From assembly GCA_965285935.1 (NCBI GenBank), contig OZ260661.1:104904001-104968000 (forward strand): 64,000 nt of DNA, written 5' to 3'. Below, piece after piece: positions 35,392-47,900 of this stretch. The translations under genes were made by a program, and so were the position numbers. Below the pieces are notes generated by a model, which worked only from the letters and a program-made list of their open reading frames with translations, had not been told where the DNA came from and searched no databases. The DNA comes from Ophelia neglecta (Eukaryota). Within the stretch, counting starts at the first letter, position 1. Each line of letters opens with the position of its first letter.

Positions 35392-35907
35392 AACATTGCA
35401 TACATCTGCACTATAATGCTGTTCTATAAACATAGTGTACATTATAGGCTTTATACTCGCTAATATGGCCTATAATTAAGTAACTAGTGTATCCAGTTCT
35501 TTTCATTAAAAATCATCGGATAATAATAAAGCTGGGGTGGCCGAAACACCTTTATTTTGGGGCATTTATCAGAATCGGTCCTGGTTATTCTGACCAAATA
35601 ACTCAATTAAGCACGTAGCTTAATATAAGATTTCTAGTTTAGAATTAACGCACAGAGGATGCTTAATTTCTACTACAAACGACCAAGTTGTTCCCTGTTC
35701 TTGTTAAATCGCTTTCCCCATTGTCTCCTGTAAATCACCTTAATAGGCCGAGTCGGCAGTCCCTATCGAAATTGCATTTTTCGACGACAGTCTGATATAA
35801 AGCCTATGTCAACATCATATAACTGTTGGGGGCAATCATGATGACACGCATTTGCATTATCAATCCGGTACGAAAAAGCGTGTGTATACAAGTACAAGTG
35901 AGTCTTT

Positions 35908-38900
35908 ATGCCTGATACAGACTTAAGCAAATGTTCTTTAAAGATGGGCGCCACACAGCTGGAAAAACGGTTACATTGGGTCGACTACACGATATTTGCA
36001 GCTACCTTGGTTATTTCTGTAGGGATCGGATTTTTTCATGCTTTTCGTGACAAAGCCAGAACAACCGAGCAGTACTTGGTGGCTGGCAGGAAAGTCCACG
36101 TCATACCTGCCGCCATGTCACTGATGATCACCTTCCTCTCGGCCGTAACGCTTCTTGGTGACGCCGCAGAGACTTACTTCTTTGGAATTCATTATTCTCT
36201 TTACATCATCTGCGCCTTCTTTTCACTCACTATTGTCGCCACTGTTTTTGTTCCTCTGCTTCATCCGTTAGAAATCACTAGTTTACAAAAGGTAGGTGCA
36301 ACTTTATTACTATGTCCTTTATTCGTGTAGATAATATTCCTCAACCTGAAACATGAATTATTATATCTTCTCTTCAACTTAGACCTTACACATTAGCAGT
36401 TAAGCCGCACAAACCATGCATTATCACAAAATCTATTATACCGGCACATACACATGCATAGACCGCTTTCTAGATGTCTGTTTTCACTACGTTATTTAAT
36501 AGACAGCCGGCTGATACCGGTAAACGGTAGAAAAAAACCCAACTTTGACTTGGAGGTCAGTTAAGGACTACTTATCAATTTAGGGGGTCATGCAGGGCGG
36601 GGGTGGACGCGACCCCTGGCGCTAAATAGTGCACGAGGATATTGTCATCTCGCCAAATTAGCAATGGGATGGCCTTTCACATGTGTCTTTCAAGTAAGCG
36701 TCCAGACCTACTGACCTGGTCAACGCAAGTTTAGGTCCAAAGCGCCATTAAAAGAGTCCCTTGCCAATGCAGTTGAAAATAAATTGAAGAACATTTTCCA
36801 AATTTACCGAAAGCAATGGCTTTAATTATTACTTTCCAAAGATGCACGGAAACCACGATTTTTTCATCCCAAGTGCGTCGGACTATTAGCGGTTCTTTCA
36901 AAGATATACTGCCTCCATAGCGGTTATTAGCCTAATTGCCACATTTATAGTGATAATTATTGTAAGCATTATTAATAATTGAAACTAAACAAATATATTT
37001 TTCCTGAAACAGAAATCTAAAACGAATTCATATTGATTGTAAAGATAAAAGCTGACATGTCTCCATCATGGCTGACATTTTGGTTCTTCCTGGGGTGTTT
37101 TTTAGTAGACAATGGATTCTTCTAAAATGACGATTCCCCTTCAAGTTGTCAGTCACGTTACTAAGTAGGCCTACTACAAAACGTATGTATCGGGGTTGGT
37201 TAAAAGCAATGGAATAGTATATCGTCAACATTTATCATACTTGTAATTGGACATCTATTACGGCCTAGGGGAGGGTAGGGTTGGTTGGTTGACCCGATTG
37301 GTATACCAATCGGGGTGAATCGGGTCAACCAACGCAAAGCTCCAAACATATATGTTTGGAGCTTTGCGTGAACCATTATTATCAACATAGAGGCAACATT
37401 AATTATCAGTTTATCATAGATCACTGTGTATATATATACAAGGTAGCTACGCCTAAGGAAATTAAGGTAAACAAACCATTCGGAAGACTTCCTTACTATT
37501 TCAGTCGATCAAATGCTGGAATGATCTAGCACTTACATATCTATATCTGACAATCTTATGAATATTTCATGATGACAAATACAAATACGGGAGTCGATAC
37601 CCGACATACAAAGTAAAATGATACATAAAAACGGCTGTCGATGACCGGCAGACCAAGAAAAATCAGCAAATAACAGTGGAAGAAATTAGCAAATTAACAT
37701 CAGAAAAAAACCCAAGAAATAGGGTAGTTGAATACTTCTTTGTTAATGTCTCTCAAATCATTCGTCACACAAGGGACCAAATAACTTCCAGAATAAATAA
37801 TCTCAGAACATGTTACATGTATGATATTGTTGTATAGTTGCTTTTGTTTTATTCTGTCGTATCGTTTTTTATCGTTGTCATTTTCGCCAGTTTAAACCTC
37901 GGTTCCCATTTTAGCCCTTGAAAGTAATTTGTACACGTTTTATGTTATAGGCCTTTGACTTTTGTTTCTTTGTTATGTCAGCTGAGTCACTTGAAAACAG
38001 GGTAACTGACAAGGCCTTTAACATAAATTGAATAAAGTGCTTAAGGGTATACCGAACCCCTAGTTGATGTAAAGTGTTATAATTGATTTTTGTCGACGAT
38101 TACAATATATACAACAAATTTTTTATAATATATAGTGCCCACTAGGTACCAAGAGGCCTATGAGTGGAAATTTCTGAAAAAAAAATTGAAAATTATGACT
38201 TTGTAGCACTTTTTGTCAGAAAATATAGGTATTTTTTTCAAAGGTTGCCATGAACCACTGAAATTATTTACAAGTTTGACAGTTGTGCCAATGTGTTCCT
38301 AAGAGTGTAAACTAGTAAACGGTCATTCAGATTTTCCAAATTCCTCTCCTAACCAGTGATTTAAATAGGCTTTGTAACTAGTCATCTAATATAGTACTCA
38401 TTATTGGCTATTTCAACTTTGGCGATTGATAACTAATTGATGGAAAATCTTATGAAAAATCTGAATGACCGTTTACTAGATCTAACTCTTGTTGACAAGT
38501 TACCGTTTGCAGATTTTAATTCGGTTAAAGTTTGACGAGGCCAGCGTTGTTTGAAAATGATGAATAGCTTGCAATTTACACCAACTCATCTTCGCGGCTA
38601 ATCAACAAAGAAGGCGCCGGAACACTGTTTTTCTCACTTGGACGCCTGGATTTGGCTTAATGCATTCTCACCTTTTCACTAGCCACTAGGGCAGTATAGT
38701 CCCCTACAATCCCACAAACTGTCATTTTCTTTCTTCCAATCATAAGCGTAATTTTGAGAGTTTAGTCGGTGAGTTTTAGTCGGTTGAAATGTCACTCGTT
38801 CAGTTCCACGTGGTGAGCCACACGGACACATTTTAATTGGCTGTGATGCCGTCGCGTCAGCCCTTATGGGCGGAGCCAAGCAGGGGAGATTAGTGGTATC

Positions 38901-41900
38901 AGTCAGATCATCTGTTTATATAAGTTTAGCGACTTTGTCAAATATAAATCATGCATCATCAGTTGGAATTTAATTAGCGAAAGAATAATATGTGACTTCC
39001 GACATCGATTGATTATTGCATATACCGTGTACTTCATATACAAAATAACTGTGGATGGTGGGATATTCCTAAAGGATGGGACGGAAAAAGAGACCCTTTT
39101 CAAACATTTGTAATTAGATTGCGGCCAATTGTGGGATAAACACTGGTCTGTGCCTGTGGAATGGATTAGCCTTTGTTGAATTTGATATAGTGAAATTCTC
39201 GGCGATAAATATACATCTAGTAAGTTAGGAACGTTTGTTTCACGTTTTATCGCTCACATACATGTACATGCCTTCTGACACACGCTCTATAATAAAGCAC
39301 GTAGACTACATGTACATGAAGCGCAATTATCTGTATTTGTCGTTGTTTTCATCGGGCTCTATGTCAAAGCTTGCTATACATTCTGTAGACCTATTATATA
39401 CTTTTATTGACAAGTTTATTGTCATATGAAAATTCGGACACAGCCTCTTCCTTGGAGCCATTTTACATGAGTTCATATTATGTACAGGTATCCCACCTGT
39501 CATATTATTCAGTTTATCACAACTATCAGTGATCCAGTGAGAGTGGGGAGGAGCCTAATTGCCATTGCCTAATGCTTGGTCATGCATGGCTGATCACTAT
39601 GGTCATGTGGCTAACAATACCATAACATGTCTTGTTTGTAAACAAACAATTAGCTGATGGGCATGAATAAAAATCCCTTTTTGAGTAAAATATAAAATGC
39701 TAAGAATGAAAATAAACACACCAATGGATAGAGCAGATCAAGCTCTATCTAAAACAGTACATTTTCAAAAATCACCCAATTATGAAATTTAACATCCAGT
39801 AGGGGTTCGGTTACCCTTCGCAGCAGAGGCTAATGCTTATCGCATAGCTTCTCCGCATCACCGCTACAGGCGAAGAGAGCGGAGCTGTGTACTCTGCTAC
39901 GAAGGGAAGGGTTCGGTATACCCTTAACTGTTTCATTATTACGGCAGATGTCAAGAGCATTTCAAAGTATATCTAAACTTAACCCAGTCGCCATTGAGTT
40001 ATGGTATATTTATTTAAATGGTCACGGTACAAATGAATGACTGGCAGTGCTTAAAACAACTTTCTCCCTAATACTTATACTACAAAAAAAAGAGGTTTCA
40101 AATTGGGCAACTAAAATGTTCCAAGCTCAGGACCTAAACGTCAACACTGTGAGTTAGCATAGGCCTATTAACCAAAAATTGATACTTGTTCAGTGAATTT
40201 CTCGATACCGCTGTCGCCGATGCACTTGTTGAGATTAATGGTACTTTTAAATCGGCAGAGCTCTGAAAGTTTAAGGCGTCACGGTGGAGGTTATCTCAGG
40301 TGGTCTATATCGCATGGTCAGCAATTTTGAATGTTATCAATAAGGCATCATTGCCAAAATGAATGGGTGGCTGAAAAAAGACTAGTTTTTCATATTTAAA
40401 GAAACAAGTTTGTCTGTCATGTTCGGGCATCCTCTCCTTTGCACTGATGGGTGATGTAAATTCCAGTTTGAAACAATAGCTTTTTGTTTCTCATCAAGTT
40501 GATTTGCCTTTTATCCCCAGAGCGAGATATTTGAAAGGGCGGAATTCTTGTTTTTAAAATGCTTCAGTTTCCAACAAGACCAACGTGGAATGGTTGTTAC
40601 CTCCTGGAAATAATATACCGGTCCCTGGTACCTCCGATTTAAGTGTACTGAAGCCTAATAGGGTAACAGGAGAAAATAGATTAATAACCTCCAAATTATG
40701 TCGGCGCTACTATGTACAGCATTTTGCAATTAGCCAAAATCGCAAGCCCTCAGCTCGACCGTGGGCTTAGTAATAAAAGTAGGTCCCCCTTGATTTTTGT
40801 TCAAAATTACTATCTTCTTTCTGTTAAAATCTGACCATAAACAGTTGAAATATGACTAGAGCATATTTGAAATCTTCAAAATGGCTCTGTGACCTTAGAC
40901 AAATATTAATAATGTTTACTTCGATCGTTAATTCATTTGATATTTCATTACAGTATGTGCTGCTGAGATATAACAGCCGTGCCGCAATGTACACTTCTTA
41001 CGTTTTTCAAATGCTTTTGAATATAATGGTCTGTGGACTATATCTCTTTGGTCCAGCCGTTATGCTGTTTGCAGGTAAGTAGCAATCACGCCATAATAAA
41101 GATAGTTTTGGTATATCCGATTTAGCTCTATACAGAGGTTAACCATGTCATTCGTTGTACTGGCAGTGAACCCTGGAGACAAAAATTAGCCAGAACCTCA
41201 GCGGAATGTCTTGACGGCTTCATTGTCGCTATTTAGGTCTTAGAATTTATTTAAGGAATGCTTTATTGATTAAACTTCAAACTACGATTAAGAATTAATT
41301 CATGAATTGAGAATTTTTGTTTTTAATTGATAGTAACTGGTTTCCCAGTTTGGTCAACGATTCTTGTTCTTGGGCTGGTATCAACCGTGTATTCTACCGT
41401 TGTAAGCATATGTTTTCTATTTGTGTTCTTAGCATTATGATAATTTACTTTTGACTAATTGACTACACATTCACTCATTAAATACCGTAGCTTAGACTTT
41501 TTGAAGTTTTGCGTCTGGAGTAGAAGGGAAAATCTTCCAGGATAATTTCACAAAATGCATCAAACTATGCCACGATAGTTCAAAGGAAACAAGACAAAGG
41601 TTGTATTTCACCCGCTTTGTGGTCCCAAAAAACTAAGGGTGCTTTGGTCATGCCATAATTATTTGGAACAAATTCTCGCGCAAAAGACAACGGTTAGCAT
41701 GTTTCTATATCTATAGATTGCGACAGCTATTTCATTAAATGCATAGGCTATATACAGACTTTTAACGATCTATTATTGTTTTTTGGTTTTGTAACTTATG
41801 TTCATTATTCAATCAATTTATTCGCAGAAATTGACCCTAAATTTATGTATTTGCCCAACCCGATCAGTATTGGCCTACCAAGAATTGGCCCTGAGAAAAT

Positions 41901-44900
41901 GACATATTACTAAGCCATACCATCCGATAAGTTACGACGGCTCCCTTTAATAAATCATTTGCTTTAAATTTAGTATTTAAAGTATGTACATGATTTTTAG
42001 TGTTAGAATATATGGCATTTCCTTTTATAACAGTTATTTAACATAGGTTTACGCTTGTATCAAGCTTGTTATATTGTTATACGATGATAGGGAGGCTTTA
42101 AAGCTGTGATTTGGACTGACGCTTTCCAAACTGTTGTCATTGTTGGGGCGTTGATGGCAATCACAATAAAGGTAATTATGCTTTTATGAATAGATACCAT
42201 TAATTATACCTATAGGAACCTTAATATAATGCTACATTTTTCAAGCATGATTTTGATATAATGGATAACCTTTTTCTATAAATAATTTCAATCAATGGTG
42301 AGAATGGAGACATCTTATAAAAAGAAGCAAGGGTTGGTAATATTTTACCAATGTCTGCTTATAACAGGGAACCAGTGAAGCTGGCGGTGTATCAACAGTA
42401 TGGCGCAGATACCAAGAAGGAGGAAGACTTCATGTTATGTAGGTCTTTAACCGGTCCTGTATATATGCATTGCCATGGTTTTATTCAACTGCATGCAAAT
42501 ATCTCAACATTGCGGTATTTTAAAAATATTTGAAATTTCAGAATATTAATTTTAAATATAACGATCCAATGTTTACCTTTCCCCACCCTTAACCCCATTC
42601 CCTTCAGATAAATCCCCCTAGATCTCCTTGATTTAATCAACATAATGATATCTGCCGGCATTTGTGGGCCGGCAGTGGCCCCTAAACTTGGAGGAGTCCT
42701 CAAATTTGGGTAGCGTCCTGGACTGATATAAAAGATGCCTACCGGTGGCTAAATGAACTAACGAGCATACATGCACTTGATTCTACGGCTTAATATCTGC
42801 CCTTAGGGTCAATATTTCTCAGTAGTTAGCTTTTTTGCAGTTATGAGATGAGCCCCATGAATAGGTTGGATGCAGGCACTATGGTGTTTATTCACATTTT
42901 GTACAGAGTCAGTCTTTATGGCGTGCAACAGAGCGCTGTCCAGAGATTCTGCTCAATGGCGAGCCTCAAAGATGCTAAAAGGTAGGTGAGATCGTTTTCT
43001 TCAATATAAATAGGGCGCAGAGGTTCCTCGGGGGTGGGGGGGGGGGGACTGCATGCTAGCTGTGTACACCCATCGCGTCCAAAAAGGTAGAAAAATATGT
43101 TTTTCGAAACAAAATGCGGTCCCAAGGAAAGAAAAATAAACATGGTTTATAGATATGCTTTAGGGGAAGGCCCCGAGTGTTGGATGTTTCTGGGCTGGTT
43201 TGGAAAAGATTATTATATACTCGTCAATGGCAAATCCAAGCGACTGAGATACTGGAGACCGGAGATTAGGAAGGCACTTGGTGGGTGCCCAGAACAAGTA
43301 CTTCTGTTTATCGGTGTTTAATTAAAGATATTTACATCGCAGAGGCATTTCGCAACTCGCGTTAAGATCAAGGACACGTTCAGAACTTGAGATATGAGTT
43401 TTACAGAAATGTGAGTGTCATCAGGGTATAGGCCTATATGAATGCGGAAACCATAGCCTTCTGTCTCGTGGGCAACTCAACAGGAATGATGTTTATATAA
43501 ACAAGGACCGATCCTTGTGTCACACTCCATAGAAGAAGAACTGCAAGCACCTCTCTAGTTGAGAGCTAAGCCATCGACACCAACCATCGACTAAATACAG
43601 TCGAAGAGAACGTCAAGGTCAGAGGGCTGAACTTACAGACCTAATATAAAGCTGAATAAACCTGTCAGTTTTGTTCTGGCTATAATTATCTCACTCTATG
43701 CATACTATGCAATAGCCTGAAAACATACAGCAATAAGATAATAACAGTAAAAGTAAAAAGTGAAGTTTATACTAGTCCCAATTAAATGACAATATTCCCT
43801 TATTATTGTTAAACCCCTTACAGAGACTCTAAACACATTTAGGTCCTTCGATCTGACAAAACGGGTAACATGGGAGAAAGAAGCCCGCTTAAGAAAAATC
43901 CTGTGGGGGACCAATGACAAATGGGACAAGTTATATCTTTTGTCAACTGCTTTTCTTTTATAAAAACTGTCATTAGTTGTTTCTTCACATCTTTTATGAT
44001 GTTCATATATTTCATGAAATTTAACAAGGAAAAATGAACCAAACATATTTGAAAAAAGTCCTTTTCCATGTAAAGCCCCGATGGCTTAATTTGTACCAAA
44101 ATTGGGACCGCAGCATTTCGGAAACCTGGTGTTTCCGGCACGGGGGTGGGGGTGGGGTGGCTTTTACCCATGGGAACCATTTACCAGGCCTATCTCATAG
44201 ATATTTCTAAATTGCGTTGGCTCAAAATGTGGAAGGCGCTCCAGGTCGCCATTTAGGCACACTAATCATGGCCTATATTTGTCAAGGTACCCGTAAGCTA
44301 GTGTGTTGTTTCTAGGTATCTATTAGAAAAATGAAACCTCAATGAACTTAGCCGACTGTCCACCCTGCAGTTCACGAGCTAAACAGAGATGAACATATCA
44401 TGTTGTAAAACTTGTAAAAAGAGTGGTTGCAAAAATCACTGAGCTTTAAAATTTCCACTGGCTGCATATGAGTATCGCATTTTAGGTGTGTTCTATTGGT
44501 GATGCCCATGTTAAGCGTTGTGGCTTTGCTGACTGGCTACGCTGGAGTTGTCGCTTTCGGTTACTATTCAATAAAAGGGTGCGACCCGTACCGGGCAGGA
44601 TATATCAACAATCCAAATCAGGTGGGCTATTCAATCGTTTTTATTTCTTTTTTAAATCTATAAACACAAATATAAATATATATTTTGATAGTGGTTAAGA
44701 CCATATTCAATATCTATTAATTTCCAATATACTGAGCCTAGGGATTCGTTTTATATCAGATGTTTATAATTGTACAGCCATTGTTTTTTTAGATCCTGCC
44801 TTTCTTTGTTATGGACGTGTTAGGACTCCCCGGAATGCCTGGGCTTTTTATTGCATGTATTTTTTGTGGGAGCCTAAGGTTTTTGTGTTGTTTTTTTTTA

Positions 44901-47900
44901 AATATAAATTCGATTACATTTTAACCTTTGATGCGAAATTATGGTATGATAATCGCCTTTACAATTAACACGAAATGTGTTCTATGGGTTATTGGACATC
45001 GACTGGTATACCATTTTAAAGACCATTACTTAAATACCCCTAGCCAACTTAAAAAAAATCATCACTAAGTTCTACAAAACTCTGAATAGTGAAACTAGCA
45101 CTAGAACCATATTGACACTTATATCATTGTTCGGGAGAATATTGGGGAAAATCCAGCCCTTCTAAGCGCCGACACACTACCACATTTTGCTTACACCTAT
45201 AACCTTTGATTAGAACAACATCCGCGACGCTCACCCCATCAAAAATAGTGCAAATATATGATCCAGGATATGAGAACTTCAAATTGAATTAAAAATCCGA
45301 TTCAAACTTTTGGTTTCTCCTTGATAGTGCCTTTTTCGCCTATAGTGTATAGTTGTACCACCCCTTAGATCAGGGTACACGTAGCTTCTTAATTCCACCG
45401 GTGGCGGTGATCGAAGAACAACATTACGGATTCTTCGACACTAAACTCATTAGACCTGCTTTATTTCATTATTGCATGCACTTTGTTAACTATCTTATCT
45501 TCATCAAAGCATTTATGTGTACTTGCATATCCTCTAGTTCTCTTTCTTCTGGCTACAATTGCGTGGCAGCCATGACATGGGAAGATATTCTAAAGGACCG
45601 GCCATATTTCTCTAGGCTCAATGACAGGAGAAAAACATTTATCACAAAATCAATTGGTAATTTGCATTAACTTTTTTAAATCTGAGAACTATAATCAACA
45701 AACTAAAGGGGACCAACACCTATACTTTGATTGATCAGTACCAACGCATGCTATAGAATAAATGCATATAGCTCCAAATGCATCCTTTATTATGACATTT
45801 TTTAAATTCGCAATAATTGGTTAACAAATCCCCATCTTACATTTGTATTTCAGTATCAATTTTTGGAGTGATAAGCATTCTCATTGGCTTCCTCATAATG
45901 AACATGAAGGGGAGCATTATCAAGGTAACATTACTATATGAAACATTGTCAAATTCAGGATATATATAAATTTTGAATGCATAAAGCACAATATTTGAGT
46001 TTGTTCGCAAATTTCTTTGATTAAGATGAGTTCGGTATATGCGGAGGAGAGAAAAATTGTGTCCTGGTGTATTTTTGAGAAAATTCATATAATATATAGT
46101 AATTTTGAAAGACCCTGCCCTGTTGGATGCTCACTCCGATACTTATTGGTAGTAAAGAACAAACCTAAGTCAGCAGTAAGAGTTAATACGCCTAACATCA
46201 TTATTATGAGCGATAACATTCAATTTTCTACCTTTGCCTATAAGGATTTTTAACTTTGAAAACTGGACATTTTTTACTAGAAAAACTTTATTTCATTTCG
46301 AATTTCAAAAAAATTACATTGGTGCGATGTATGCAACATTTCTTTTGTATTTCCTGTAATTTTCATGTCAATTGCACCGACGGTCTTGGGGCTAACTTTG
46401 CAACAATGACGTTGGGGTTTCACCTTTGACCATTATTTACTTTTAAGCAGGAATTAAATTTCGAACATATAAGGTTATTCAGTTGTCCCTGAAAGAGTGA
46501 ATAATTCATCTTCTTTGCTTGAGACTTTTCCAAAATCCAGAATTTGTCGCCCAAATTAGCCAATTTCGCGATCAGGGATGATTTTAGTTCAATCTGATTA
46601 ACAGCTTTCAGCAGATACTTATTCCATTAACATGTTGCCAAACCCAATAAGCAGCATGTTGTTTTTTGTTATGGGGGTTTATCCAAATCATTTTGGTTAT
46701 ACATGTACATACGTGTAATCCTCAGTAACTGCCATAAAACGACAGGGTTACAAAATGAGACGGACATGTGTCAAAAAGCGATAAAAAAGCATTTCATTTT
46801 GCTGAGAAATTAAGGAAATTATGAAAAGTGAATGTATAACTGGTGAGTAATCCTGCTAAATATTAATTTTGATGTGGTACAAGCTTTACCTCTCGCCCTA
46901 AAGGCGTCTTTACCCATTCCGTTGCCCTTACAGCGGTGATAGTGTTCGCTACTTGTTCTCTCCGTTACCTAAACTGTCAAGTGTAATGACATAGTCAAAT
47001 TGGAAGATTCGAATTAAATTCAGCTTTAATAATTCAAAAAATGTAACTAAGACCAAGTCTTTAATATAATGATTGTATATTTCTCCCTTCTGAGTCAATC
47101 TTGTACCATCAATATTGTAACGGGGGACGGTAACGGAGTAGACAATTCAACTCTTAAAAGATCACATTTCTAAAATCTCTACAACATTAATCTTTGCAAA
47201 GCAATTTATCGTCATAACCATGCCTGCCAATGCAGCTTCAACAAAGCCTTTATCATAAATTCTCATAGTATTGTGTTATTAAAGTAGTCGAGCAAAGCTA
47301 TTAACTAATATGGCCACATCTTTTAGAAAATAAACTTTGCGAAGAAGTGAAATATTGCTTTTACATGGCTATGGCACAAATGTATCCTGAGGTTGATAAT
47401 AATACCTGCCGCGTACTGATAATATTTGGCCAACGCCGTAACATGATTTAACTGGAATACTTAATCATTATAAAGGAAGATAATTACGTTATATATATAG
47501 GGGGTAATGTGGGGAATTTCGATCAGTTCGTTTCTGTCAGCACTTTGTCGGTGTATATCTAACCAATGAACTCAAGATATAATACAAGTTAATATGCCAA
47601 ATAACACCTAAAAGTTTGTTATTAATGAAAAATATGACATGTTCATTATATTTTGATTAGTATTTGCAGAAAATTAATTTTCGTCAAAAAAGTTGGTCGC
47701 AGGTAATTTCGATCAAATTGAGGGGAAATTCGACCACACATGAATTTCGATTGGGATCTATTTATTGCCGAATATGGGCATTATTTTAGTTGGTGATTAG
47801 CTAGTAATTTACTTTATTAATTATTTATATCTATTTATTTCATTATTCATTGGAATACTCTAAAGTCGATAGTTATTTTTCTAAGAAATGAACGACTCGC

